Positions 1 to 9,100 of a DNA stretch of 64,000 nt are shown in pieces (the stretch's first letter is position 1; every line of letters begins with the position of its first letter). Source of the stretch: Vampirovibrionales bacterium (GTDB lineage Bacteria > Cyanobacteriota > Vampirovibrionia > Vampirovibrionales > JAJTHC01); assembly GCA_044348005.1 (NCBI GenBank), contig JBIKTR010000010.1, positions 225 through 64,224 of the forward strand, given 5' to 3'. The notes beneath the pieces are model-generated. The model saw only the letters and a list, made by a program, of their open reading frames with translations. It did no database searches and was not told the DNA's origin. The position numbers and the translations under genes are program-made.

Positions 1-2626
1 TGGCGGTGGGGTAGGCCTGCCAGTGCCCGCGAAGGGTAAAACCCAACACAGGCAACGAAAGTTCATAGGTTTTACCCGCCTTGGCCTGCCATTTTAAGTA
101 CGACGTGCGATGTTGCGGAAAGGTTGAAAAGCGGGTCCTGTTCCATTGAAGAAGCACGTTTTCTTCAAACGCTCGGCGTCTGGCGTCTTGCCGAGCCTGC
201 TTTTGTTTCAGGGTTTGCGGGGTTTTTTGGGCGGAAGAATGAGATCGTTTCCTGTTGTGGGACGCCTTTCTTTTACGAGGCGAGTGAGAGGAGGAGGTCC
301 CTTCTTTAGCTGTAAGTGGCGTTGTTGTATTCGTTTTTTCAAGCGCTTGTTGGGGACGCTTCATGCGCTGGAGGCGTTGGGTAGCTAGGGGGGGGTGGTC
401 ATTTGTGTCGGTGGTAAATAGTTTTTGCGCTTTTGAACGGGTTTTAGGCACTTTTAAGTGATGAAAATCATCTTCAAAAAACGCCAGGGTATACATCGCT
501 TGTTCGGATTCCAAAAGATCTTGTTGGGGCTGTTTTAGCTTGGTTTGACTCCCCTTGATCAAATAAGTCACATCTCCTTTGGCCAGTGTGTGAACGGTTT
601 TTTCTACGCGTCTGAGGTGTTTTTGAAGCGGGCTGAGCAGGGCCTTGGGTGTTGTTTTTTTGGCACGTTTTCGTTTACGCTTTTTGGGGGCTTCGCTTTT
701 TTGCAAGGCTTTTAAAGCAGACGCTTCAAGCCACACCACTTCTTCAGGCGCTTGAAGGTGTTGGGCGTCAAAATACCGATTCACGTCTTCAAGTTCACGC
801 CTAGAAAGGGGGGCTTCGACAAATACAATGCTGTGCATTTTTTGGACGTTTTTCGCGTCTTTGTAATGGAAAATACGCACGCCTTCATGGCGAAGGCTTT
901 GCCCAATGGGTAGGCGAACCCACGCCTGCTGGGGATGCCTCTGAAAGCGCGTGGCATCCCAGTACAGAGGGAACAACATTAAGGCGAGGCTTATCAGGCT
1001 GATGCCCCCGTAGCGAATGAGCGTCCCACGAAGCGACTGCGTGGCTCGTCGAACGCGTTCACCCCACCACGGCAGGCTTAATAAAACCATGTAGGCCAAA
1101 AGCATCCACGCAAGCGGTAGCGTTGGGACTCTAAACTGCAGGTGCGAAAAGCTCGCGCCCCAATGCGTCCACGCGATTTGGGCCTTTAACAGCAGTTGGC
1201 TAGGCATGAGGCATAGGCCAGCGAAAGAGGGTGAAAGGCTATAGAGCCCAAAACTCGCGAATCCCCACAGCGTCAACGGAGCAACCAAAATCCCACTCAA
1301 CAGATTCATGGCTACCGCATGCAACGGCGTTTTATGAAAGACGTGTAAAATCAACGGCGTGGCATAGAGTTGGGCAACAGCGGTGAGGCATCCGGCGGAA
1401 AGGAGGCCTGCGATGAGGTTGCGCTTGCTGTTCCATCCTTTTTTTTGAAGGAAGGCTTCAATCGTGCTAAATAACGTGACGATGCCAAAGGTGGTTAATA
1501 CCGAAAGTTGAAACCCCAGATTAAGCCATAAGTAAGGCTGCCATACACTGATTACGCTAATTGCCAGCATCAGTAAAAATAAGGGATTCAAGGGTTTAAA
1601 GAAGTACTTCACCCATAAGCCCAAGAACCACATTACCACAGCGCGTAAAATAGAAGGCGGAAACCCTGTCGCCACCCCATAGGCCAATACGCCTAAACTG
1701 GCTAGGGCAAAGGCCGCCGCGCGAGGAAAGCGAGGCACAAGCCGAAGTAAGAACAACAGCCCTGCGGCAATGATGGCGACATTCATGCCACTGGCCGCCA
1801 CCAAATGGATTTGCCCTGTGTCTATAAACGCTTGCTTGAGTGCGGGGGGTAAGGGGCTGGCGCGGTCTCCCAGCACGATGCCCCCCATCAACCGACCGGC
1901 TTCAGGGCCAAGCGTCCTTTCTAGTAGCGTCACAAAACCAAGGCGTTGTTTCAATATCGCCGATTCCACCCCCGCACGTGCGTGTTCCCACCCCGTGGGC
2001 TTGGGTAGTGAAGCGTCTAGGGGGAGCCGTTGAAGGCAGTCTTGATCAAGAAAGGCTTGGCGAAGGGTGCCCGCCATGCCCATACTTTGTAAGTACTGGG
2101 CTTCATTAAAATCCCCTAAAAAACGAAGGGCATGGCCTTTTTCAAAGTGGCCAGAAATACAGGTTGCTTTGCCTAGGGGAAAATCTGAGGGGTGGGAGGT
2201 TTTGAGCAACAGGCGCACAGGGGTTGCAGTGTCTAAATGAGCGGTTTCAAGGATTAGCCCCTTTTCATGGGGGGAAATTTTACCGGGCAACCGTAGGTAT
2301 TGGCCGTTTAAGTAGTCTGGCACATACACGGGGTGAAATCGAAGAACGGCCAGAAAAAATCCCACTAAACTCACCAGTAGCAAAAGCCACAGTCGTTTGA
2401 CGCCAATAGGCCAGTTTCGCCAAAAGCCTACCCCTAAAAGGCCCCAAAGCATCGCCCCTTTTACAAGCCAAGGGTGCAAGCCTAGGGGGATCATTTGGCC
2501 ATGCACACCGAGCATAAAGCCAACTACCCCAACCAGCATTAAGGCACTGAGGCCTTTTTGAATGCGGTACAGCGTTTCAAGCCCCACATGGGTGAGTAGC
2601 CGAAGTGTTTCAAGGAGGTTTTTCAT
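1..2626 (-). CDS. comEC: ComEC/Rec2-family DNA internalization (competence) membrane protein, 3' end beyond window; absent from ORF track because no stop codon inside window
   Basis: Manual minus-strand translation from ATG at 2626..2624 is open through at least ~375 codons (to ~1500); the remainder to position 1 was translated once without visible stops but not re-verified base by base. Sequence is multi-TM (MKNLLETLRLLTHVGLETLYRIQKGLSALMLVGVVGF...) and contains the competence-domain motif ...GGIVLGDRASPLPPALKQAFIDTGQIHLVAASGMNVAIIAAGLLF. C-terminal third is basic (KKRKRKRAKKTT...) with no obvious MBL domain. SD-like GGTGGG upstream of the ATG. Confidence 0.6.
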   Translation of the reverse strand, partial: MKNLLETLRLLTHVGLETLYRIQKGLSALMLVGVVGFMLGVHGQMIPLGLHPWLVKGAMLWGLLGVGFWRNWPIGVKRLWLLLLVSLVGFFLAVLRFHPVYVPDYLNGQYLRLPGKISPHEKGLILETAHLDTATPVRLLLKTSHPSDFPLGKATCISGHFEKGHALRFLGDFNEAQYLQSMGMAGTLRQAFLDQDCLQRLPLDASLPKPTGWEHARAGVESAILKQRLGFVTLLERTLGPEAGRLMGGIVLGDRASPLPPALKQAFIDTGQIHLVAASGMNVAIIAAGLLFLLRLVPRFPRAAAFALASLGVLAYGVATGFPPSILRAVVMWFLGLWVKYFFKPLNPLFLLMLAISVISVWQPYLWLNLGFQLSVLTTFGIVTLFSTIEAFLQKKGWNSKRNLIAGLLSAGCLTAVAQLYATPLILHVFHKTPLHAVAMNLLSGILVAPLTLWGFASFGLYSLSPSFAGLCLMPSQLLLKAQIAWTHWGASFSHLQFRVPTLPLAWMLLAYMVLLSLPWWGERVRRATQSLRGTLIRYGGISLISLALMLFPLYWDATRFQRHPQQAWVRLPIGQSLRHEGVRIFHYKDAKNVQKMHSIVFVEAPLSRRELEDVNRYFDAQHLQAPEEVVWLEASALKALQKSEAPKKRKRKRAKKTTPKALLSPLQKHLRRVEKTVHTLAKGDVTYLIKGSQTKLKQPQQDLLESEQAMYTLAFFEDDFHHLKVPKTRSKAQKLFTTDTNDHPPLATQRLQRMKRPQQALEKTNTTTPLTAKEGTSSSHSPRKRKASHNRKRSHSSAQKTPQTLKQKQARQDARRRAFEENVLLQWNRTRFSTFPQHRTSYLKWQAKAGKTYELSLPVLGFTLRGHWQAYPTA

Positions 2627-2752
2627 ATCCCACCAGTATAGCCAAGTCGATGATGAGGTTCAAGCCCATCATGTAACAAAACGTAACGGCCTATTCAGTA
2701 AATCGTTCATGGGGCGAAAACAGTTATGTCCGAAAGATAAAGGAGTTCGATT

Positions 2753-3130
2753 ATGAAAAATAGTTTAGTTTTTACCTTAGCCGTTGTTGCCTTGTTGAGC
2801 AGTTCAGCTGTAAGTTTAGCTGTTACAGGCATAGATGAAGTCACCTCTTTACGTTCCAAATTACACGCCACGGTTGAACATGTCACTTCAGACGCTGTGA
2901 CAGAAGAAGACCAAGCCCACTGGTTAGTGATCAATCAAACCCCTTGGAAGTGGGATGATTCAGCCTTGGAATTTTCAGCTTCATTTGTAAACACCAATTA
3001 CCAACAAGCCAGTGCGAACCATGAAGGTGGACATGATGGCGAAGGCCACGGGGAAGGCCACGGGGAAGGCCATGTGGATGGTCACGGTGATGGACACGGC
3101 GACAGAGCTTCCATTGACTTCGAGTTTTAG
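2753..3130 (+). CDS. small secreted His/Gly/Glu-repeat protein (putative periplasmic metal-binding)
   Basis: Signal-peptide-like N-terminus MKNSLVFTLAVVALLSSSAVSLA. C-terminal HEGGHDGEGHGEGHGEGHVDGHGDGHGD encoded by ~3 tandem 12-bp units (3041..3076). AAGGAG Shine-Dalgarno (ribosome-binding site, SD) upstream. Confidence 0.5.
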   Translation: MKNSLVFTLAVVALLSSSAVSLAVTGIDEVTSLRSKLHATVEHVTSDAVTEEDQAHWLVINQTPWKWDDSALEFSASFVNTNYQQASANHEGGHDGEGHGEGHGEGHVDGHGDGHGDRASIDFEF

Positions 3131-3334
3131 ATCCCTGTTGCTTTTCTTAACAACGTACACACCCTTTGGGATGATGCCAAAGGGTGTGTACGTCATATAA
3201 ATGGTTTTTGATTGAGTGGGTTGTTTTAATGGTCTTAAACAGGGTATGATTTTTTAAACAGTCATTTGTATTGTTTTTAAACAGTCCGTTGTTTTCGTTA
3301 TTGTATTATTTAGATTAGATCGGTAGAACCAACC

Positions 3335-5092
3335 ATGCCCATACATACCTTAAGGCGTCATGCCTATTTTCCTATTGCCTTTTTTTCCGCTTTAGGCCTT
3401 ACGTGCTTGCCTGCTTTTGCAGATGATGTGGGGGGAATTACACCCACCAGCAACCCTGGTTCATTAACCAATACGGGTTTAGAACAGGTGAACAAAAAAA
3501 ATCGTCTGGAACGAAATCCCGTTTACGGTATTGTTGAAGACGAAAAAATAAAACCCACCGACGAAGTGGTCCGCCTAGAATTGCCTGACGCCATTGGCAC
3601 CCCGTCTTTTCAGATTTATGATGACTTGCATCATATTCAAATTGTGGGCAATACCATTTTTACGGAAGCGGACTTCAAACCCTTGGTGGATCGTTTTTTA
3701 GCAAGCAGCCGCAGTACTAAAGACGTGCAAGCGTTGATTCATCAGATGGATCGTAAGTACTATGAAAAAGGGTTTTTAACCAGTAAAACGCTTTTTGAAA
3801 GTTCCGCCAATCATACTTTAAGTCTTCGTGTGGTGGAAGGACGCGTCAGCCAAATTGACATTGACGGCAATCACTTCCAAAAAGACAAACACATTTTGAA
3901 GGATCTCAAATTAAAAGAAGGAGATCTCCTCAATCTAAAAGAGTTACAAGACACTGTGGCAGGCGTGAACAGTTCGCAAGATTTGTATAAGGTGAAAGCA
4001 CGTTTAAGTGCTGGCAAAGAAGCAGGACAAAGCGTTTTAACCTATGAAGTGGAAGAACGCTTGCCGTTTAAACTGTCTGTTTTTAGTGACAATCGTGGGC
4101 GTCCGTTAATTGGGCAAACACGCTGGGGAACAGAATTTGAATATGCCAACCCCCTAGGCAAAGGAGACAAGTTGACCTTAGGCTACACTGGGGCAAGAGG
4201 CACCACCATTGCTGAAAGCGCCTATACCATTCCTGTGAACAACCGTGGCACCAGTGTTGGTGTGGCATACAGTTTTGCGTATGTACATGTGCAAAACCGC
4301 ACAGGCTCCGATCGCTTGACGGGACACGCCCATAATTACAGTGTGTTTTTGAATCAGAATATTGAACAAATTTCAGGTCTGTCTCTAAACACGGGGTTCA
4401 ACCTACGTAAAATTACGTCTTTAGAAAATGGGGTTGAATCCGGTGAAAGTGATGTAACCAGTGCTACTGCTGGATTTAACTGGGACAAATCCGATAAAAT
4501 TGGACGCAGTAACCTCAACGGGACGGTGACCGCTGGTTCCGCCTTATTGGGAGGCGACAACACGTTCATGAAGTACGAACTTGCGGGTACACGAATTTTC
4601 AACCTGCCTAAGAACCAGTACCTGGTATTTAATGGGTACACCATGCTTTCTTCAGGCCCTTTACCCGGTTTTGAACAAATGCAAATTGGGGGTTCTTCTT
4701 CTGTACGAGGCTTTACCGAAGGCTTGTTGTACGGAGACAGAGGCGTGACCGTTAATGCCGAATATCGTTACCCGATTTGGGGATTGTCTAAAATAGCCCC
4801 CAAACTTTCGGAAAATCTGCAAGGGGTCTTGTTTGCTGATGCCAGCCAAGTGGTGGTGGACAAACATACCAGCGGAAGACTCGACAGCGCTTCAAAACGT
4901 GGAAATACCACACTGGTGGGCACTGGCGTTGGTTTGCGTTTAGCGATTAATGACGCCCTAGAAGGATTTGTGGATTTTGGTGTAGGCTTAACCGAACGCG
5001 ATGCTGTAGAACCCAATGCGCAACCTTCAGTGCGTGTGCATTTTGGGGTCAGAAGTCAGCTGATTCCCGCCAAATATAGAAAACGGAGTTGA
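3335..5092 (+). CDS. Omp85-superfamily outer-membrane transporter, TpsB/ShlB/FhaC-like (two-partner secretion / hemolysin-activator type)
   Basis: Signal peptide. POTRA-like IQIVGNTIFTEADFKPLV segment. SDNRG...TG entry to the barrel. Conserved L6-loop VRGF motif (GGSSSVRGF). 585 aa, typical of TpsB. Confidence 0.55.
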   Translation: MPIHTLRRHAYFPIAFFSALGLTCLPAFADDVGGITPTSNPGSLTNTGLEQVNKKNRLERNPVYGIVEDEKIKPTDEVVRLELPDAIGTPSFQIYDDLHHIQIVGNTIFTEADFKPLVDRFLASSRSTKDVQALIHQMDRKYYEKGFLTSKTLFESSANHTLSLRVVEGRVSQIDIDGNHFQKDKHILKDLKLKEGDLLNLKELQDTVAGVNSSQDLYKVKARLSAGKEAGQSVLTYEVEERLPFKLSVFSDNRGRPLIGQTRWGTEFEYANPLGKGDKLTLGYTGARGTTIAESAYTIPVNNRGTSVGVAYSFAYVHVQNRTGSDRLTGHAHNYSVFLNQNIEQISGLSLNTGFNLRKITSLENGVESGESDVTSATAGFNWDKSDKIGRSNLNGTVTAGSALLGGDNTFMKYELAGTRIFNLPKNQYLVFNGYTMLSSGPLPGFEQMQIGGSSSVRGFTEGLLYGDRGVTVNAEYRYPIWGLSKIAPKLSENLQGVLFADASQVVVDKHTSGRLDSASKRGNTTLVGTGVGLRLAINDALEGFVDFGVGLTERDAVEPNAQPSVRVHFGVRSQLIPAKYRKRS

Positions 5093-5176
5093 GGGTAGCT
5101 GTAAATAAAGACTAGCTTTTTACTTGTGTTTTGACTAAAATGTAAAGTCACATCAAGTACAAGGTGAACGTGTTCA

Positions 5177-6193
5177 ATGTCTTTTTTTTCACCCCCCTTA
5201 CCGAAAAGTCGAAAAGCCGAACTTTTAGAAGAGATTGGACGACTTAAGCATGAAAAACGCGCGGTGATCTTGGCTCATGTGTATGAACGCCTTGAAGTCC
5301 AAGATCTCGCCGATTTTCGAGGAGATTCCCTTGGCTTAAGTCGTCAAGCAGCCGCAACAGAAGCCGACACGATTATTTTTTGTGGGGTGCATTTCATGGC
5401 GGAAACAGCCAAACTATTGAGCCCCCAAAAAAAGGTGTACTTGGCTAATCCGCATGCGGGTTGCCCCATGGCGGATATGATTAGCGCTGAGCAACTGCGG
5501 GCCTTTAAGGCCGCCCACCCCAATGTGCCTGTGGTGGCGTATGTCAACACCAGTGCAGAAGTCAAGGCGGAAAGTGATATTTGTTGCACCAGTGCCAATG
5601 CGGTGGATGTCGTGCGTTCCCTGAAGGTGAACAAAGTCCTTTTCGTGCCAGACAAACACCTCGGGGCCTACGTTCAAAGCAAATTGCCTGACGTTGAGAT
5701 TGTGTGCTGGGACGGCTTCTGCCCCACGCACTTACGCATTGATTTAGACGATTTAAAAAGCTTGCAAGCCAAGCACCCTAACGCCTTGACTTTGGTACAC
5801 CCTGAATGCGACGAACCCGTTAAAGACTTGGCCGATTATATCGGTTCCACCACCCATATTTTAGAACAAGCCCACCTCTGTTCAGCGGATGCCTTTATTA
5901 TTTGTACAGAAGATGGCGTGGCGCAACGCTTGATTCAAGATTTACCGCACAAGTCGTTTTACACGCCGTCTCGTCAACAAGCATTATGCCCCAATATGAA
6001 GATGACTCGGCTGGAAAATGTGGCCAAAGCCTTACGCGGGGACGTCGAAGAAATACAAATACCCGCTGATGTTTTTGAAAAAGCCCGCTTGACTTTAGAT
6101 CGCATGCTCGCCGTTCCTATTACAGAACCTGAAGCCGGGCAGAGTTCAGCAGTCTGTCGCTGTAAAACCACCCCTACCCTTGTGGGTGTATAA
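5177..6193 (+). CDS. nadA: quinolinate synthase A
   Basis: Motifs ...EVQDLADFRGDSLGLS...IIFCGVHFMAETAKLL...AGCPMA typical of NadA. Length 338 aa. Confidence 0.85.
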   Translation: MSFFSPPLPKSRKAELLEEIGRLKHEKRAVILAHVYERLEVQDLADFRGDSLGLSRQAAATEADTIIFCGVHFMAETAKLLSPQKKVYLANPHAGCPMADMISAEQLRAFKAAHPNVPVVAYVNTSAEVKAESDICCTSANAVDVVRSLKVNKVLFVPDKHLGAYVQSKLPDVEIVCWDGFCPTHLRIDLDDLKSLQAKHPNALTLVHPECDEPVKDLADYIGSTTHILEQAHLCSADAFIICTEDGVAQRLIQDLPHKSFYTPSRQQALCPNMKMTRLENVAKALRGDVEEIQIPADVFEKARLTLDRMLAVPITEPEAGQSSAVCRCKTTPTLVGV

Positions 6194-6195
6194 GC

Positions 6196-9100
6196 ATGAT
6201 GGCGACGCTTAAACGCCTCAGCTTGATTGAAGGGAACCCCCTTGAACTGGCGGGGTTTGACGCCGTGCAAGCCGTGTTGCTTCAATGGCAAGAATCCCCC
6301 ACCTTGGCGGGAAAGACGCTGATTTTGGTCAACAATACCACCCAGCAAAAGGCCCTGCAACACGCCTTGATTCAAGGGTGGCAAAACCCCATGAACCGTT
6401 TACCCGTGTATACGTTCAACGGCTTGATTCGTCACATTGTGCAACGGCTCTGGCCCTATGCGGAACTGAAATTGCAACAGGCCTTTAAATCCAAACAACA
6501 CGCCACTTGCCTGGTGCCTGAACTGGTGGGGCTTGAAGAAAGTGAACGCTTGTTTCGCTTTTTAATTGAACAAACCAAAGCGCAAGGCCATTTCAACGAT
6601 GCCTTTGAAGCCCTAAAGCTTGATGAAGCGTCCCTCATTCGTCAGTTGATTCGGCGTCAACGACTGCGTGCCGAACAGCGGTTGACTCGCGTGCAAATGC
6701 ACACTATGGATCACGCCCTCAACATCCCCGAACACGCCTTGATTCACCATTTGGAACAGGTGTTTGAGCTCAGTGCCTTAGAAATGCGCTGGCTCGATTC
6801 GACCAAGCAAATTGATATTGCCTTAGCATTGCTTGAAGAGCATCCTGAATGGAAAGAGGCCCTAGATGTCGACCCTGAACTGTTGTTGTGGTTAGACGCC
6901 GATGAAAGCACGCCGGCTGAACAGGCCTTGTTGCGTTTGCTGGCTGAAAAAAGCGCGCATGTTATGGTGAGTGTAGATCCACAGGGGGGGGCGCGACAAG
7001 GTTACTTGAATGCCGATCTTGAGGGCGCGAAAGCCTTGATTGAGTCGTGGCAGGCCCAAGCCGAACAAACTGAACACCTTCTTTCACCACCGCTTCAAGA
7101 AGATTCCCCCGCCCCCCTTCACGTGGGGGATGCCTTATGCCAAGCTTTTTTGGGCTTGGGCCATGAACGCCCCCTCACTTTAGAACCTCAACTGGTGTTG
7201 CACCCCGCGCAGCGAAGCCTTATTGAAATGTGGGATTCCGCCTGTGCCACGCTCAACACCCTACCCGCGCAAGATGTGGTGCTGGTGATGCCTGAAATCA
7301 ACGCCTTGACTCTGGCTCCCTTAACCACGTTTTTGAATCAACAGAAGATCCCCTTTCAAGTTTTAAGTGGCACACAACGCCCTGTCGACACCTTACAAGG
7401 CAAGCTCCTGCTTTTACTAATTCAAGTGTTGCATAGCCATGAATGGCAGTTACCTTTGAGCCGTTTTGAATGGCGAACTGTTCTGAGCACCTGCCTTAGT
7501 TTACAGACGGCTGAAGCCAAGACGCTTGATGCGTTTTGTGATTTTGTGACACAATCGGCCATGCGTCGCTTAAGCGAAGGGCAGACAGGGGCCAGCACCT
7601 TACCGCGTGAAATCCCTGAAGACTTGCTGATTTATGAAGCCAGTCGTCAACGCTATGCGAGCTTTTGTCAAGCGCTTTTTAACTTGGGGCAAGCGTCTAT
7701 TGAAGCGCAATTACAGGCCATTGCTCACCAGTGGATTTACCCCAAGCTCGCTGAAGGAGAATCGGATTCAGCCCTCCAGTTAATTTACCGTAGTTGGCAA
7801 AGGCAACTTAAGATGTTGAACGCCCTTTCGCCTGATTCAGTCCATACGCAAGAAGGCGCCAAACAGTGGTTGTGGCAATCTAAATACGGCCAAATTGCAG
7901 ACACCGCCGATGCCCCTAAATCGCTTGAAACTCAGGCCTTAATTATTGCCACGCCTCAAAAAGTGATTGACTTTGCGGTGCGTCGTCCCGTTCAGATTTG
8001 GCTTGATGTGCAAAGCCCCCGTTGGAGCAAAAGCGATGAAGCCCCCTTGTATCACACGGCGGTGCATTCCCCCCAAGGGTGGCGACGCCTTGAAGCGTTT
8101 GCTGAAAGCCAAGCCCCCCTTGAAGAACGCCCCCCCTTAGATGTCATTACGCTAACAGAACAACAGCGTCGTAAACGGGCGGGGCATTTATTGCGAAAAC
8201 TGGCGTATGGGGCCAGCCAACGTATTCACGCTTTTTCAGCGGAATTAGACGCAGAAGGACGAGAACAGGCGCAACAACAACCCCTGTTGTTTCAAGCCCT
8301 GACTCAATCGTTATTGCCTTTACTGGCGGAACCTGATTTAGACGCGATTGCTACCGCCACCTTAAGGCCAGATCAACAAGGCGTTTTAACCTATCGCACG
8401 GGGACTTTAGCCATTAGTGCTGTTCCAGGGGCGGGTAAAACGTTTGTAAGCGTTGAATTGATTTTGCATTTAATTAAAAGGGGTACGCCTCCTGATTCGA
8501 TTTTGGTGTTGACGTATATGGAATCCGCAGCACGCACGTTACTGGGCCGACTAAAACCGAAACTGGCGGGGGCGGGCATTCATCAACTACCCACGGTTTG
8601 CACGATTCACGCCTTGGCCTTTAAAATTCTTGGCGACGCTTCACACGCACGGCGTTTGGGTCTGGATGTTGAGCATTTTCGCATGGTGGATGAAACCGAA
8701 CAAGACGCCCTTCAAAAACAAGCCGCCTTGGACGTTTACCCCCTTGCCAGTGCTGAAAGCGACCTCACCCTAGAAGCGTGGCAACGCATCGTGAGTCAAG
8801 CCATCAATCACGCCAAAAGTTTGGAACTTTCGTGGGCGGATTTGATTGAAGATGCCAAAACATTAAAAAACACGCGTTTAGAAGCCATGGGACTGGCGAT
8901 GAAGGGGTATCAGCAACTGCTTCAAGCGCGCAATGCTTTAGATTTTACGGATTTAATCGTTTATGCGGTTCAGTTGCTTGAAGCACATGACGATGTTCGC
9001 ACGCATTTTCAACAGCAGTTTCGCGTCATTATGGAAGATGAAGCGCAGGATTCGTCTCGCTTATTGCAACGATTTTTAAATCTACTGGGAGGCCCCACCC

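Noticed and set aside
2280-2471. Short ORFs 2280..2471(-), 1770..2033(+) and 1840..2109(+) as the only coding calls over 400..2700
   Set aside because: They lie in alternative frames inside the long, motif-bearing ComEC-like reading frame that the track omits because it has no in-window stop.
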